From Desulfobulbus propionicus (GTDB lineage Bacteria; Desulfobacterota; Dissulfuribacteria; Dissulfuribacterales; DYOW01): a stretch of DNA of 53,506 nucleotides. The position numbers and the translations under genes are program-made. The notes under the pieces were generated by a model that saw only the letters and a program-made list of their open reading frames with translations, did not search any database and was not told where the DNA came from. Positions 9,273 to 17,991 of the stretch are shown in pieces. Location: positions 1-53,506 of the forward strand of contig DYOW01000004.1 in assembly GCA_020720325.1 (NCBI GenBank), given 5' to 3'. Position 1 is the stretch's first letter. Each line of letters starts with the position of its first letter.

Positions 9273-9450
9273 GAATCATAATGCATTTCTTACACACATC
9301 ATCCATCAATAACTTTTCCTTTCATTTTTTTCAGTTTATTATTTTATTGTGCAAACATTTTTTTATATGTTAAAATAATTTCATTGTTTTTTTTATATAG
9401 TTTTATTCACATTTTTCCTGAAAACATAATTAAATTTAATGAATTAAAAC

Positions 9451-10008
9451 ATGGAAAATTTAAACGCCATAGAAGTTTTGGAAAGTCCCACAGACCTTGC
9501 TTATCTTATTAATAAAATAAGCGGTGAAAATATTAACACCTGTATCCAGTGCTATTCCTGCGCCTCTGTCTGTCCTTTTTTTGAATTTATGGGAAATGCG
9601 CCACACCATCTTATAAGGATGATACAATACGGCTTAAGGGATGAGGTATTAAGAAGTCCTGCAATATGGATATGCGTGGGCTGCCATACCTGCTCCAGCC
9701 AGTGCCCCGCTGCAATTGATCTTGTTGAGGTTATGGATACACTCAGACACCTTGCCTTAAAAGAAAAGGATAATATTCCTGAATATGACGTGGTTAATTT
9801 CCACGAACAGCTTGTTAATTCCATCAGCCGTCACGGAAGAACTCATAAGCTTGAAATCATGCTTGGTTATAAACTAAAATCCGGTGGATGGTTTGATGAC
9901 ATGGATGTTGGCTTACAAATGTTTAAAAAAAGAAAACTTGACATTTTACCCCACAATATAAAGGACTTAAGCGAGATTAAAAAAATGTTTAGCGAGGCTG
10001 CGGAATAA
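9451..10008 (+). CDS. hdrC: Heterodisulfide reductase subunit C-like 2x[4Fe-4S] protein
   Basis: Two ferredoxin motifs, CIQCYSCASVCP and CVGCHTCSSQCP. Size (185 aa) and the position directly upstream of an HdrB-like gene also fit. Confidence 0.7.
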   Translation: MENLNAIEVLESPTDLAYLINKISGENINTCIQCYSCASVCPFFEFMGNAPHHLIRMIQYGLRDEVLRSPAIWICVGCHTCSSQCPAAIDLVEVMDTLRHLALKEKDNIPEYDVVNFHEQLVNSISRHGRTHKLEIMLGYKLKSGGWFDDMDVGLQMFKKRKLDILPHNIKDLSEIKKMFSEAAE

Positions 10009-10009
10009 A

Positions 10010-10867
10010 ATGCCGCAAAATAACCTTTCATCCTTTACAAAATTTTCTTATTTTCCAGGATGCTCAATGATAACAACCGCAAAGGAAAGCGGACAGGCGC
10101 TTGAAGCATCCTGCGAAAAACTCGGAATAATTCTTGAGGAGATTCCTGACTGGAACTGTTGCGGCTCATCTTCAACCCATATGTTAAAAAGAGGTTTAAG
10201 TCTTGAAATTGCTGCAAGAAATCTTGCCCTTGCCTCTCCTGACAGGCCAATTGTTGTTATGTGTCCAAGCTGCCTTCACAATCTTAAAAGAACCTCCCAC
10301 CAGCTTAAAAAAGACAGGGCGCTACACGAAAAAATAGAAGACAGCCTCCAGAAAAAGGTTTATCTTGACCATAAAATAGTGCATTTGCTTGAGGTATTGG
10401 CGCAGTGGGATATTAAAAAAATACAATCAATCCTTGAAAAGCCATTAAAAGATATAAAAATTGCTCCTTATTACGGTTGCATGCTTGCAAGCCCAAATGT
10501 TATGCTTCATGAACACGGCTACCCCCTTTCCATTGAAACAACACTAAAGGCTCTGGGGGCATCTATTGTGCTGTGGCCTGATATCCGGGGCTGTTGCGGG
10601 ACTTTTTTATCAGTAACCAAACCTGATGTTTCTTCTAAGGCAGTTCAAAGGATTATTTATAACGCAAAAAATTCAGGCGCGCAGTGTATTGTGACAGCCT
10701 GCGCCATGTGCCAGCTTAATCTTGAGATAAGGGCGCCTAAAGAGGATAAAATCCCTGTTTTTCATTATATAGAACTTCTTGCATTTGCCCTTGGCGCTCC
10801 TGAATGGAAAAACTGGCTTAAATATCATCTGATTGATCCCTCACCAATCCTTGAAAAAGCAGAATAA
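10010..10867 (+). CDS. hdrB: Heterodisulfide reductase subunit B-like protein (two CCG domains)
   Basis: Two Cys-rich CCG motifs (WNCCGSS...CPSC and GCCGTF...CAMC). The start is 1 nt after the hdrC-like stop. Confidence 0.7.
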   Translation: MPQNNLSSFTKFSYFPGCSMITTAKESGQALEASCEKLGIILEEIPDWNCCGSSSTHMLKRGLSLEIAARNLALASPDRPIVVMCPSCLHNLKRTSHQLKKDRALHEKIEDSLQKKVYLDHKIVHLLEVLAQWDIKKIQSILEKPLKDIKIAPYYGCMLASPNVMLHEHGYPLSIETTLKALGASIVLWPDIRGCCGTFLSVTKPDVSSKAVQRIIYNAKNSGAQCIVTACAMCQLNLEIRAPKEDKIPVFHYIELLAFALGAPEWKNWLKYHLIDPSPILEKAE

Positions 10868-10903
10868 TTCCGATAAGAAATTAAATTCCATAATGAAAAT
10901 AAC

Positions 10904-10931
10904 TTGACATTCCCCTCCCCCATGTTAATAT
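10904..10931 (+). promoter_or_regulatory. Sigma70-type promoter for tRNA-Pro
   Basis: TTGACA (10904-10909), 16-nt spacer, TAATAT (10926-10931). This is the same architecture as the tRNA-Asn promoter. Confidence 0.5.
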
Positions 10932-10957
10932 ATAAAATTCAATGCGGATTTTCTATC

Positions 10958-11034
10958 CGGGACGTAGCGCAGCCTGGTAGCGCACCTGAATGGGGTTCAG
11001 GTGGTCGGAGGTTCAAATCCTCTCGTCCCGACCA
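10958..11034 (+). tRNA. tRNA-Pro (anticodon GGG)
   Basis: Acceptor CGGGACG/CGTCCCG, anticodon stem CCTGA/TCAGG with loop ATGGGGT, T arm GGAGG-TTCAAAT-CCTCT, encoded CCA. Confidence 0.9.
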
Positions 11035-11061
11035 GGCAAAAATTGAAAGGAGGATATTACA

Positions 11062-11487
11062 ATGGCACTTCTTGATGCAAGAATTGATGAAATCAACCTC
11101 GGGTTTGGTTGCGATAAGGCGCCAAACAGGATTATCCTTGGTAGAGGCACACATTTCATTGTTGAATTATGGCAATGTCCATTTGAAAAACTTGCTGATG
11201 CCAATGAGGTTTCAAAGGCATTTCAGCTTGCCGCAAGATTTGATTCTGATATAACAATAAAAGTGCATCAGTTCGAACCGTATGGTGTTTCAGGCTCAGT
11301 GTCAGGTGATAACCTCCAGGTCATAATACACACATGGCCTGAAAACAGTTATGCGGCCCTTGATATCTTTACACAGGATAAAGAATATGCAAACCGTATT
11401 CTTGAAACAATAAAAGAATCCCTTTGCGCTAAATATTCCTTTTTAACTGAAGTAAGCAGAGGCTTGCACCTTGAGAAAGACACTTGA
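11062..11487 (+). CDS. S-adenosylmethionine decarboxylase (SpeH/class 1 AdoMetDC)-fold protein, apparently lacking catalytic residues
   Basis: FEPYGVSG...[17 protein letters not shown] matches the SpeH core. The expected E-S-H processing site reads N-L-Q and the FTC Cys reads FTQ. Strong RBS (GGAGGA) upstream. Confidence 0.65.
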   Translation: MALLDARIDEINLGFGCDKAPNRIILGRGTHFIVELWQCPFEKLADANEVSKAFQLAARFDSDITIKVHQFEPYGVSGSVSGDNLQVIIHTWPENSYAALDIFTQDKEYANRILETIKESLCAKYSFLTEVSRGLHLEKDT

Positions 11488-11610
11488 CTGGTGTCAGGTT
11501 TTATAAATAGACCTGAAAAAATATATGATTCCGCAACATATTGTGTTTCTTTATAAAAATACAATAATGACTACCTGATTTAAGTCATTAATAAAAATAT
11601 AAAAGCTTAA

Positions 11611-11650
11611 AAGCCACTGAATTTAACTAAAATTCAGTGGCTTTTTTTAT
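11611..11650 (+). terminator. Rho-independent terminator
   Basis: AAGCCACTGAATTT / AAATTCAGTGGCTT stem with loop AACTA, followed by a T-run. Confidence 0.75.
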
Positions 11651-11780
11651 TTTTTTGTAATATTGTCTTATTAATGCTGATTTATCAAAAATTATATTAA
11701 AAACTTCTTTTTTTAAGAAAATTTTCTTATTTTCCTATCCTGCTATAAAATTACAATCATTTCACCAGAAATTAAAATTT

Positions 11781-11798
11781 TTGTAACCTGTTTGTAAC
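11781..11798 (+). promoter_or_regulatory. Pho-box-like direct repeat (7-4-7)
   Basis: TTGTAAC ctgt TTGTAAC with 11-bp periodicity, about 95 nt upstream of the PhoX-family start codon. Confidence 0.35.
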
Positions 11799-11891
11799 AA
11801 AAAATATCTTTTTTTCTGTTATTTTAATAATAATTTTTTTTAATAAACGGAAGAGAAAAAAAAATTAAAAATAACGGAGGAGTTTATTTAA

Positions 11892-13874
11892 ATGAAAAAG
11901 AAGATTTTGGCATTAATGTCTGCTTTTGCTTTATTTGCCGGCGTTACAGCTGTGGAAAAGGCATATTCAGCAAAGGTTTCAAATGTTGAGTTTGAACAGC
12001 TTTCACTTCCAACTACAGCAGAGGAAGGACAGATCAGGGTTTCTCCATCAGCGACAGTGTATTTTAAGGATGGAACATCAAAAAAAGTTAGTCTTAAATA
12101 CAATGTTCTTTATAAGACCGCGGATAAAGATTCTTATGGCAACTCAGCAGGCATGATGATGGACATCAACAAAAATCCAATCAAATTTGCTGACGGAACA
12201 ATAAGATATAGCGTTCAGCCTGACTCATCTAACTATTTTGAAAGAAACGGAAAATATTTTCATATCCAGCACTTTGAAAATTCTCCCGGCATGATTTATT
12301 ACACAGAGCTTGCGCTTAATTCAGACGGATCATTTAAACCAGTTAAATATACAAACATTGATTTTGCTCCTGTAAAAGGAACTGTGATAAACTGTTCAGC
12401 TCAGAAATCTGGATGGGATACTTTTTTAAGCGCAGAGGAAGACTACTATTTTGCAGGTTACTGGTTTGACCCAAATTCTGCCAAATATACCGCACAGCAT
12501 GTTAATTACTGTGACAAAGATGCCAACGGTTACTTAAACGGAAAATACACTGCTCCCTCATTTGCTGCCAAGGCTGACTGGGGTTGGTGGTGTCAGGAAA
12601 TGGTTAAACCTCTTCTTACAGACTATTTGAAGGTTAAACCAGAACAGTTTCAGCCTTATCATTACGGTTATATTGTTGAGATTGGCGCTGATAAAACTGG
12701 TAATCCATATATTAAAAACAATACCAAGCACTATGCAACAGGAAAATTCACACCTGAGGTTGCGGTTGTAATGCCTGACAACAGAACAGTTTATATGCTT
12801 GATGACGGTTCATACACAGGCATGTTTATGTTTATCGCAGATAAACCAAAAGACATGACATCAGGCTTTTTATACCTTGCAAAGCTCACACAAAAATCAA
12901 AAGATGACACAGATGGCGGAGAATTCAGCGTTGACTGGGTTCCGTTAGGACATGCTGATGAAGATACATTAAAAGAATATGTTGACAGAGGCATTTCATT
13001 AAGTGACATGTTTGATGTTGGCGATCCCGCAAATTGTGGCGCAGGTTATACAAAAATGAACGGATATGAAACTGGAAAAGCCGGAATGTGCGTAAGACTT
13101 AAAGATGGAACAAACGGTTCAAAGATTTCTTCAAAATTCAATAATACCACAGAAGTTCATCAGGCTGCTGGATTTTTGGAGCCAAGAAAGTATGGTGTTC
13201 TTTACGGCGGAACAATGGAGTTTTCTAAAGGTGAAGGCGTCACATATGACCATGACCAGGATGCTATTTATTTTGCAATAAGCAGAATTGAGGGTTCCAT
13301 GAAAAAAGGTGAAGTGACAAAAAGCGGTTCTGATCACATAAGACTTAAAGAAAATAAATGCGGCGGAGTTTTTAAAGGAACATTTGGAACAGCTGTTGAC
13401 ACAGCAGGCAACAACCTCTTCAGCTGCTATATTGTTAGAAATTTAAAGGCGGAATTACTTGGAGTTAAGGCAAGCACAACCGATCCTGGCGCTGATAAAA
13501 ATTACTGCCAGATTGACAAGATTGCTTGTCCTGACAATATCTTATATATGGGCGCAAACCAGCTATTTATTGCTGAAGACTGCGGCTATCATTATACCAA
13601 TGCTCTCTGGACATATAACACTGTATCAAAGAAGCTTACAAGAATCGGAACTGTTCAGCCTGGCGCTGAGGTAACCGGAGCTTTCGGAACTGTTGATATT
13701 AACGGAAATGCATATGTTTCTTTTAATGCCCAGCATCCATATGGTGAAAGCAGAAGCAATGCAGAAGGAAAGACTATTCTTTCAGGCGCTTTTGACGATA
13801 GTAAAGGAACAGTGACAGATGACAAATATAAAGGTATTGTTGGTTATATAACCGGTCTTCCATCACTTAGATAA
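11892..13874 (+). CDS. Secreted PhoX/DUF839-family beta-propeller protein (putative alkaline phosphatase)
   Basis: Sec signal peptide. NCSAQKSGWDTFLSAEE resembles the PhoX NCAGGxTPWGTWLTCEE motif. The C-terminal CPDNILYMGANQLFIAEDCG resembles the PDN...ED motif. RBS GGAGGAG upstream. Confidence 0.65.
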   Translation: MKKKILALMSAFALFAGVTAVEKAYSAKVSNVEFEQLSLPTTAEEGQIRVSPSATVYFKDGTSKKVSLKYNVLYKTADKDSYGNSAGMMMDINKNPIKFADGTIRYSVQPDSSNYFERNGKYFHIQHFENSPGMIYYTELALNSDGSFKPVKYTNIDFAPVKGTVINCSAQKSGWDTFLSAEEDYYFAGYWFDPNSAKYTAQHVNYCDKDANGYLNGKYTAPSFAAKADWGWWCQEMVKPLLTDYLKVKPEQFQPYHYGYIVEIGADKTGNPYIKNNTKHYATGKFTPEVAVVMPDNRTVYMLDDGSYTGMFMFIADKPKDMTSGFLYLAKLTQKSKDDTDGGEFSVDWVPLGHADEDTLKEYVDRGISLSDMFDVGDPANCGAGYTKMNGYETGKAGMCVRLKDGTNGSKISSKFNNTTEVHQAAGFLEPRKYGVLYGGTMEFSKGEGVTYDHDQDAIYFAISRIEGSMKKGEVTKSGSDHIRLKENKCGGVFKGTFGTAVDTAGNNLFSCYIVRNLKAELLGVKASTTDPGADKNYCQIDKIACPDNILYMGANQLFIAEDCGYHYTNALWTYNTVSKKLTRIGTVQPGAEVTGAFGTVDINGNAYVSFNAQHPYGESRSNAEGKTILSGAFDDSKGTVTDDKYKGIVGYITGLPSLR

Positions 13875-13899
13875 TTTAGCATAAAAATATAAAAAATAT

Positions 13900-13941
13900 A
13901 AGGATAAGAAAGGGTTATGCCTTTTCTTATCCTTTTGTCTT
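13900..13941 (+). terminator. Hairpin plus T-rich tail between the PhoX-like and haem/propeller genes (terminator or attenuator)
   Basis: Perfect 12-bp arms AAGGATAAGAAA (13900-13911) and TTTCTTATCCTT (13923-13934) with an 11-nt loop, followed by TTGTCTTTT. Confidence 0.5.
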
Positions 13942-13988
13942 TTAATCAGGTATTAATAAAATTAATTGTTATTATTAATGGGGGTATT

Positions 13989-16900
13989 ATGCCAGGAAAA
14001 AATCTAATTAAAAAAAACAGGCTTTTTTATGCAGTGTCTATTTTGTTTTTATCGCTTATGTTCTTTTCTTTTATGGCAATAAAAAATGTAAAAAATTCTG
14101 ACAGCGCAACAAGCTATGCAACCACAGAGGAATTTATAAAAAACTTATCAAATGAAAACAATATTAATTATGATGAAGTAAAAAATCCAATGGCATACAT
14201 AACCTCCCAATGTTATACAAAGACAACGGCTGATAACGGAAAGGTTTATAATCCTTGTTATGCCTGCCACCAAAGGGGAAAAGAACCTAACTATCTTGAT
14301 GACTCAGCTTTTCAGACTGTTTATGAATTTCCCGAAACAGGTGAAAAAAATCCATGGACAAATCTTTTTAAAGACAAGACACAATATGTCAACAGCATTT
14401 CAGATGAACAGATATTAAGTTATGTAAGACAAAACAACTATTTTGACGCTTCAGGCAACATTTATCTCGCGAACACACTTCCACAGGACTGGGCAGGCTA
14501 CAGACCGGACTGCTGGTTTGCTTTTGATGCCGAAGGTTTTGATAAAAATCCAAATTCAAATGAATATACCGGATGGAGGGCATTCAGATATTATCCCTTT
14601 CTCGGAACTTTTTGGCCCACAAACGGTTCAACAGACGATGTTATGATAAGGCTTGCGACTCCTTTCAGACAGGATGCAGACGGAAGATTCAATAACGAAA
14701 TATATAAAATAAACCTTGCAATCACCGAGGCAGTGGTAAAACAAAAATCAGTTAAAACCGAACCACTTGATGAAAAAGTTGTTAACAGAGACCTTGATGG
14801 AAACGGCGAAATAGCAATTGCCTATTCAATAAAATATGACTGGAGACCTCTTGAAAATGTCTTTATGTATTATGTAGGCATAGCGGAAACATTGCAAAAA
14901 CAGGGGCTTATCCACCTTGCAGGAGGACTTTATCCGGATGGCACAGAATTTTTACATACAGTAAGGTATATTGACTGGGATGAAACAAAAAATTCCATTA
15001 AAATGGCTTCCAGGATGAAGGAAGTAAGATACGCAAAAAAGGTTTGGTGGGCAAATTACGCATACCTGCAATACAAAGGAAATGAGAGCGCAAGAGAAAT
15101 TTTTCTGCTTGGCGAGATAGTTCCTGAAAGCTTTATCGGTAATTATCAATATGGAATTGAAAGCGGAACAGGCTGGGTTTATCAGGGCTTTATTGAGGAT
15201 AAAAAGGGAAATTTAAGACCTCAGACCAATGAAGAAAATGTTAATTGTATGGGATGTCACTCAATGATAGGAGCAACAACTGACACAACCTTTGCCTTTG
15301 CAAGAAAATTTGAGGGTCAGTATCCCGATGAAACCCAGTACGGCTGGATGCACTGGAGCCAGAAGGGTCTTGATGGTGTAAACGAGCCTAAGATAAAGCT
15401 TGAAGACGGCTCGTTAAATTATGAATACTCATATTATCTTATTTATAATGATTCAGGAAATGAATTCAGGAGCAATGATGAGGTAAAGGCAAAGTTTTTT
15501 AATGCGGATGGCTCAATCAAGTCAGATATGCTTGAAAAACTTCATGATGATATAACTGTTCTCCTATACCCTTCCAGAGAAAGGGCAATGATGTTAAATA
15601 AAGCCTATAAGGCAATTGTTGATGAGCAGAGCTTTATTCTGGGAAGGGACGCAACAGTAAATCCAGTCGCAAATATTCATAAAGAAGTGGAGCAGGGCGA
15701 GGCAACAGGCGTCACAATCAGGACAAATTCCGAGTTTATTGGAAATGATCTTGTTAGGACAATCTGGGGCGCAACATACAGATACTGGCTGCCAAAGTTG
15801 GAATATGGCTTTCAGACCCTTGTCACTGGTCTTGGAATGTCAGGACCTAACGGATACAGCTACGGCTCAGGCATTGATGGTGTTATTGCAAAAAGCGCCT
15901 ACACCACAAATATTGAAGGATATCATCTTCCGTTTCCAACAAGGCTCACAATTCCCACAAGAACCATTGTGACAAACGGAAATATCCCCGCATGTTACAA
16001 ATGCCATAGAATTGAATATCCTGGTCCTTCAAAAAATGTAGCCCTTATAGACCCAAAGGTTAATTTTCCAGCGACTCTTGATAATGGCGTTGAAGCAGGA
16101 AAGATTGCAAAACTTACAACAGATGCAAAAAATGATATTGGCGGCAAATGGAGCCCTGATGGAAGCAAAATCGCCTATATTTCCTACACCAGCGGCGCGC
16201 CTCAAATATGGACTATGGATAGCGCCGGCAATAATAAAATGCCAATCACACAGGGACCAATGATTTATGGCTGGCATGAATGGAGTCCTGACGGCAAAAA
16301 ATTTGTATTCTGGGGATACGATGAATCTTCAGCTATGCACTATTTAATGACATCAAATGCTGACGGAACTGGTAAAAAAATAATCAGGGAGTCATCTGAA
16401 ATACTTGACAGACCAATGTGGAGTCCGGACGGTCTCTATATCGCCTACGGAGCTGTGACATCAGGAAACTGGGATGTATGGGTTTCAAAGGCAGACGGAA
16501 GCGATCCAATAAGGCTCACAACAAATCCTGACATGGAAAGCAATCCTCTATGGCGTCCTGACGGAAAAGGCATAACCTATAAACTTGCTCCAAGCGGAAA
16601 ATACGGATTAACTGTTGAAAATTATATTTCTTTTGAAAACGGATTATATTCCCCTGTATTTTATACATGGAATGGTCCTGAATCAGTGCAGGCAAATAAT
16701 TGGAGCAGGGATGGAAAAAAACTTGCTTATACAACAGAAGTTATTAATCAGGCAAGCGGAGAAGACAGGGTTACTTATGTTGCAATGGTGTCTGATGTAA
16801 GTATCTCTGGAAATATCTACAAGGCAAATAATACAATTATTTTATCTAAGGGCATGACCCTTGGCGACAGAGGCCCTGTGATTTCACCTGACGGCACAAA

Positions 16901-17093
16901 AGCTGCGTTCTGGGGATGGGATCAGGCTTACCGCGCCACATTATGGGTATATAACCTTACCAATCATGAGTTAAAGCAATTAACTTCCGCAGGAAATGAT
17001 ATGTATCCGCAGTGGAGTCCTGACAGCAAAAAACTTCTTTTTGATTCAATCAGAGACGGCAATATGGATATATGGCTTATTAATGTAGAATAA
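13989..17093 (+). CDS. Large exported protein: N-terminal ~700-aa domain with three CxxCH haem-c motifs fused to a TolB-like PD40 beta-propeller
   Basis: Start moved to the ATG at 13989 (GGGGG RBS, then a signal-anchor LFYAVSILFLSLMFFSFMA). Haem motifs CYACH, CMGCH and CYKCH. The C-terminal part has repeated WSPDGxK(I/L)A(Y/F) PD40 units. Confidence 0.75.
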   Translation: MPGKNLIKKNRLFYAVSILFLSLMFFSFMAIKNVKNSDSATSYATTEEFIKNLSNENNINYDEVKNPMAYITSQCYTKTTADNGKVYNPCYACHQRGKEPNYLDDSAFQTVYEFPETGEKNPWTNLFKDKTQYVNSISDEQILSYVRQNNYFDASGNIYLANTLPQDWAGYRPDCWFAFDAEGFDKNPNSNEYTGWRAFRYYPFLGTFWPTNGSTDDVMIRLATPFRQDADGRFNNEIYKINLAITEAVVKQKSVKTEPLDEKVVNRDLDGNGEIAIAYSIKYDWRPLENVFMYYVGIAETLQKQGLIHLAGGLYPDGTEFLHTVRYIDWDETKNSIKMASRMKEVRYAKKVWWANYAYLQYKGNESAREIFLLGEIVPESFIGNYQYGIESGTGWVYQGFIEDKKGNLRPQTNEENVNCMGCHSMIGATTDTTFAFARKFEGQYPDETQYGWMHWSQKGLDGVNEPKIKLEDGSLNYEYSYYLIYNDSGNEFRSNDEVKAKFFNADGSIKSDMLEKLHDDITVLLYPSRERAMMLNKAYKAIVDEQSFILGRDATVNPVANIHKEVEQGEATGVTIRTNSEFIGNDLVRTIWGATYRYWLPKLEYGFQTLVTGLGMSGPNGYSYGSGIDGVIAKSAYTTNIEGYHLPFPTRLTIPTRTIVTNGNIPACYKCHRIEYPGPSKNVALIDPKVNFPATLDNGVEAGKIAKLTTDAKNDIGGKWSPDGSKIAYISYTSGAPQIWTMDSAGNNKMPITQGPMIYGWHEWSPDGKKFVFWGYDESSAMHYLMTSNADGTGKKIIRESSEILDRPMWSPDGLYIAYGAVTSGNWDVWVSKADGSDPIRLTTNPDMESNPLWRPDGKGITYKLAPSGKYGLTVENYISFENGLYSPVFYTWNGPESVQANNWSRDGKKLAYTTEVINQASGEDRVTYVAMVSDVSISGNIYKANNTIILSKGMTLGDRGPVISPDGTKAAFWGWDQAYRATLWVYNLTNHELKQLTSAGNDMYPQWSPDSKKLLFDSIRDGNMDIWLINVE

Positions 17094-17123
17094 TTCATAT
17101 TTTTATTGATTTTTAATTTTTAT

Positions 17124-17153
17124 AAAAGCCAGGTTAAAAGCCTGGCTTTTTTT
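17124..17153 (+). terminator. Rho-independent terminator
   Basis: AGCCAGG / CCTGGCT stem followed by TTTTTTT. Confidence 0.7.
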
Positions 17154-17241
17154 ATGCAAAAATGCTTTTTAATTTATTGAAATAACATCAGGATTGTTTT
17201 AAAATTTAAAAAGACTTTCCATAATATAAGGGGTTTCTATC

Positions 17242-17808
17242 ATGGGATATGCCTGTAAAATTCAAAAATTAAGCATTGAAGAATACCTGAAAGATGAATT
17301 AACAAGAGAAATTAAACACGAATATATTGACGGACAGATTTATGCAATGTCAGGCGGCACAAGAAATCATAATATAATTTCTGGAAATCTTTACATAATG
17401 CTCAGAGATTTTTTTAAAAATAGTTCTTGCGATGTTTTTATTAATGATGTCAAGCTCTTTATCCCTTCCCTTAATATTTTTTATTATCCTGATGTCATGA
17501 TTTTCTGTGATAAAGAAATAAAAAATGAATATTACTGCAAAAACCCATGTCTTGTCGCAGAAGTTTTATCTCCATCAACGGAATTAACTGACAGAAGGGA
17601 AAAATGGTTGTCATATCAGCATGTATCTTCATTAAAATATTATCTGATTGTCCATTCGGATAAAATTCTCATAGAAATATATTCTAAAGATACTGATAAT
17701 CTCTGGAATTATCAGTCATTGGAACAAAATAATGATTTTTATGTAAATTGTCACGAATTCAATGGAAAAATAGATGTAAATGATATATATAACGCTGTGG
17801 AAACCTAA
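17242..17808 (+). CDS. Uma2-family (DUF820) putative endonuclease
   Basis: Typical Uma2 N-terminal (YLKDELTREIKHEYIDGQIYAMSGGTRNHNIISGNL) and PD-(D/E)xK-like core (YYPDVMIFC...VAEVLSPST). Confidence 0.8.
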   Translation: MGYACKIQKLSIEEYLKDELTREIKHEYIDGQIYAMSGGTRNHNIISGNLYIMLRDFFKNSSCDVFINDVKLFIPSLNIFYYPDVMIFCDKEIKNEYYCKNPCLVAEVLSPSTELTDRREKWLSYQHVSSLKYYLIVHSDKILIEIYSKDTDNLWNYQSLEQNNDFYVNCHEFNGKIDVNDIYNAVET

Positions 17809-17838
17809 ATAAATCAATAAAGATATAAAATTTCAGAC

Positions 17839-17868
17839 TTGACATATACCCGCTTGTTATAATATAAT
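17839..17868 (+). promoter_or_regulatory. Sigma70-type promoter for tRNA-His
   Basis: TTGACA (17839-17844), 18-nt spacer, TATAAT (17863-17868). Confidence 0.45.
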
Positions 17869-17889
17869 TACAGTTTTTGTTGAACCAGT

Positions 17890-17965
17890 GGTGGACGTAG
17901 CTCAATGGTGGAGCATCGGGTTGTGGCCTCGGAGGTTGTGGGTTCGAGTCCCATCGTTCACCCCA
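17890..17965 (+). tRNA. tRNA-His (anticodon GTG)
   Basis: Extra G-1 opposite discriminator C, acceptor GTGGACG/CGTTCAC, anticodon loop TTGTGGC, T arm GTGGG-TTCGAGT-CCCAT, encoded CCA. Confidence 0.9.
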
Positions 17966-17991
17966 TTTTTTTTATTCCGGAGAGGAATTAT

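Noticed and set aside
10904-11254. ORFs 10904-11254 (+), 10939-11154 (-) and 11013-11204 (-)
   Set aside because: They run through tRNA-Pro and its promoter or are antisense to the speH-like gene. They have no RBS and no recognisable motif.
11493-11516. Hairpin TCAGGT...ACCTGA directly after the speH-like stop, considered as a terminator
   Set aside because: It has a short 6-bp stem and is followed by an A-run rather than a T-run on the coding strand. The convincing terminator is at 11611-11650.
13917-13988. N-terminal extension of the haem/propeller ORF
   Set aside because: It begins inside the 13900-13941 hairpin. The ATG at 13989 has an RBS and is followed by a proper signal-anchor.
17905-17991. 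N-terminal extension of the paaK ORF
   Set aside because: The extension translates tRNA-His (MVEHRVVASEVVGSSPIVHP). The real start is the ATG at 17992, preceded by GGAGAGG.
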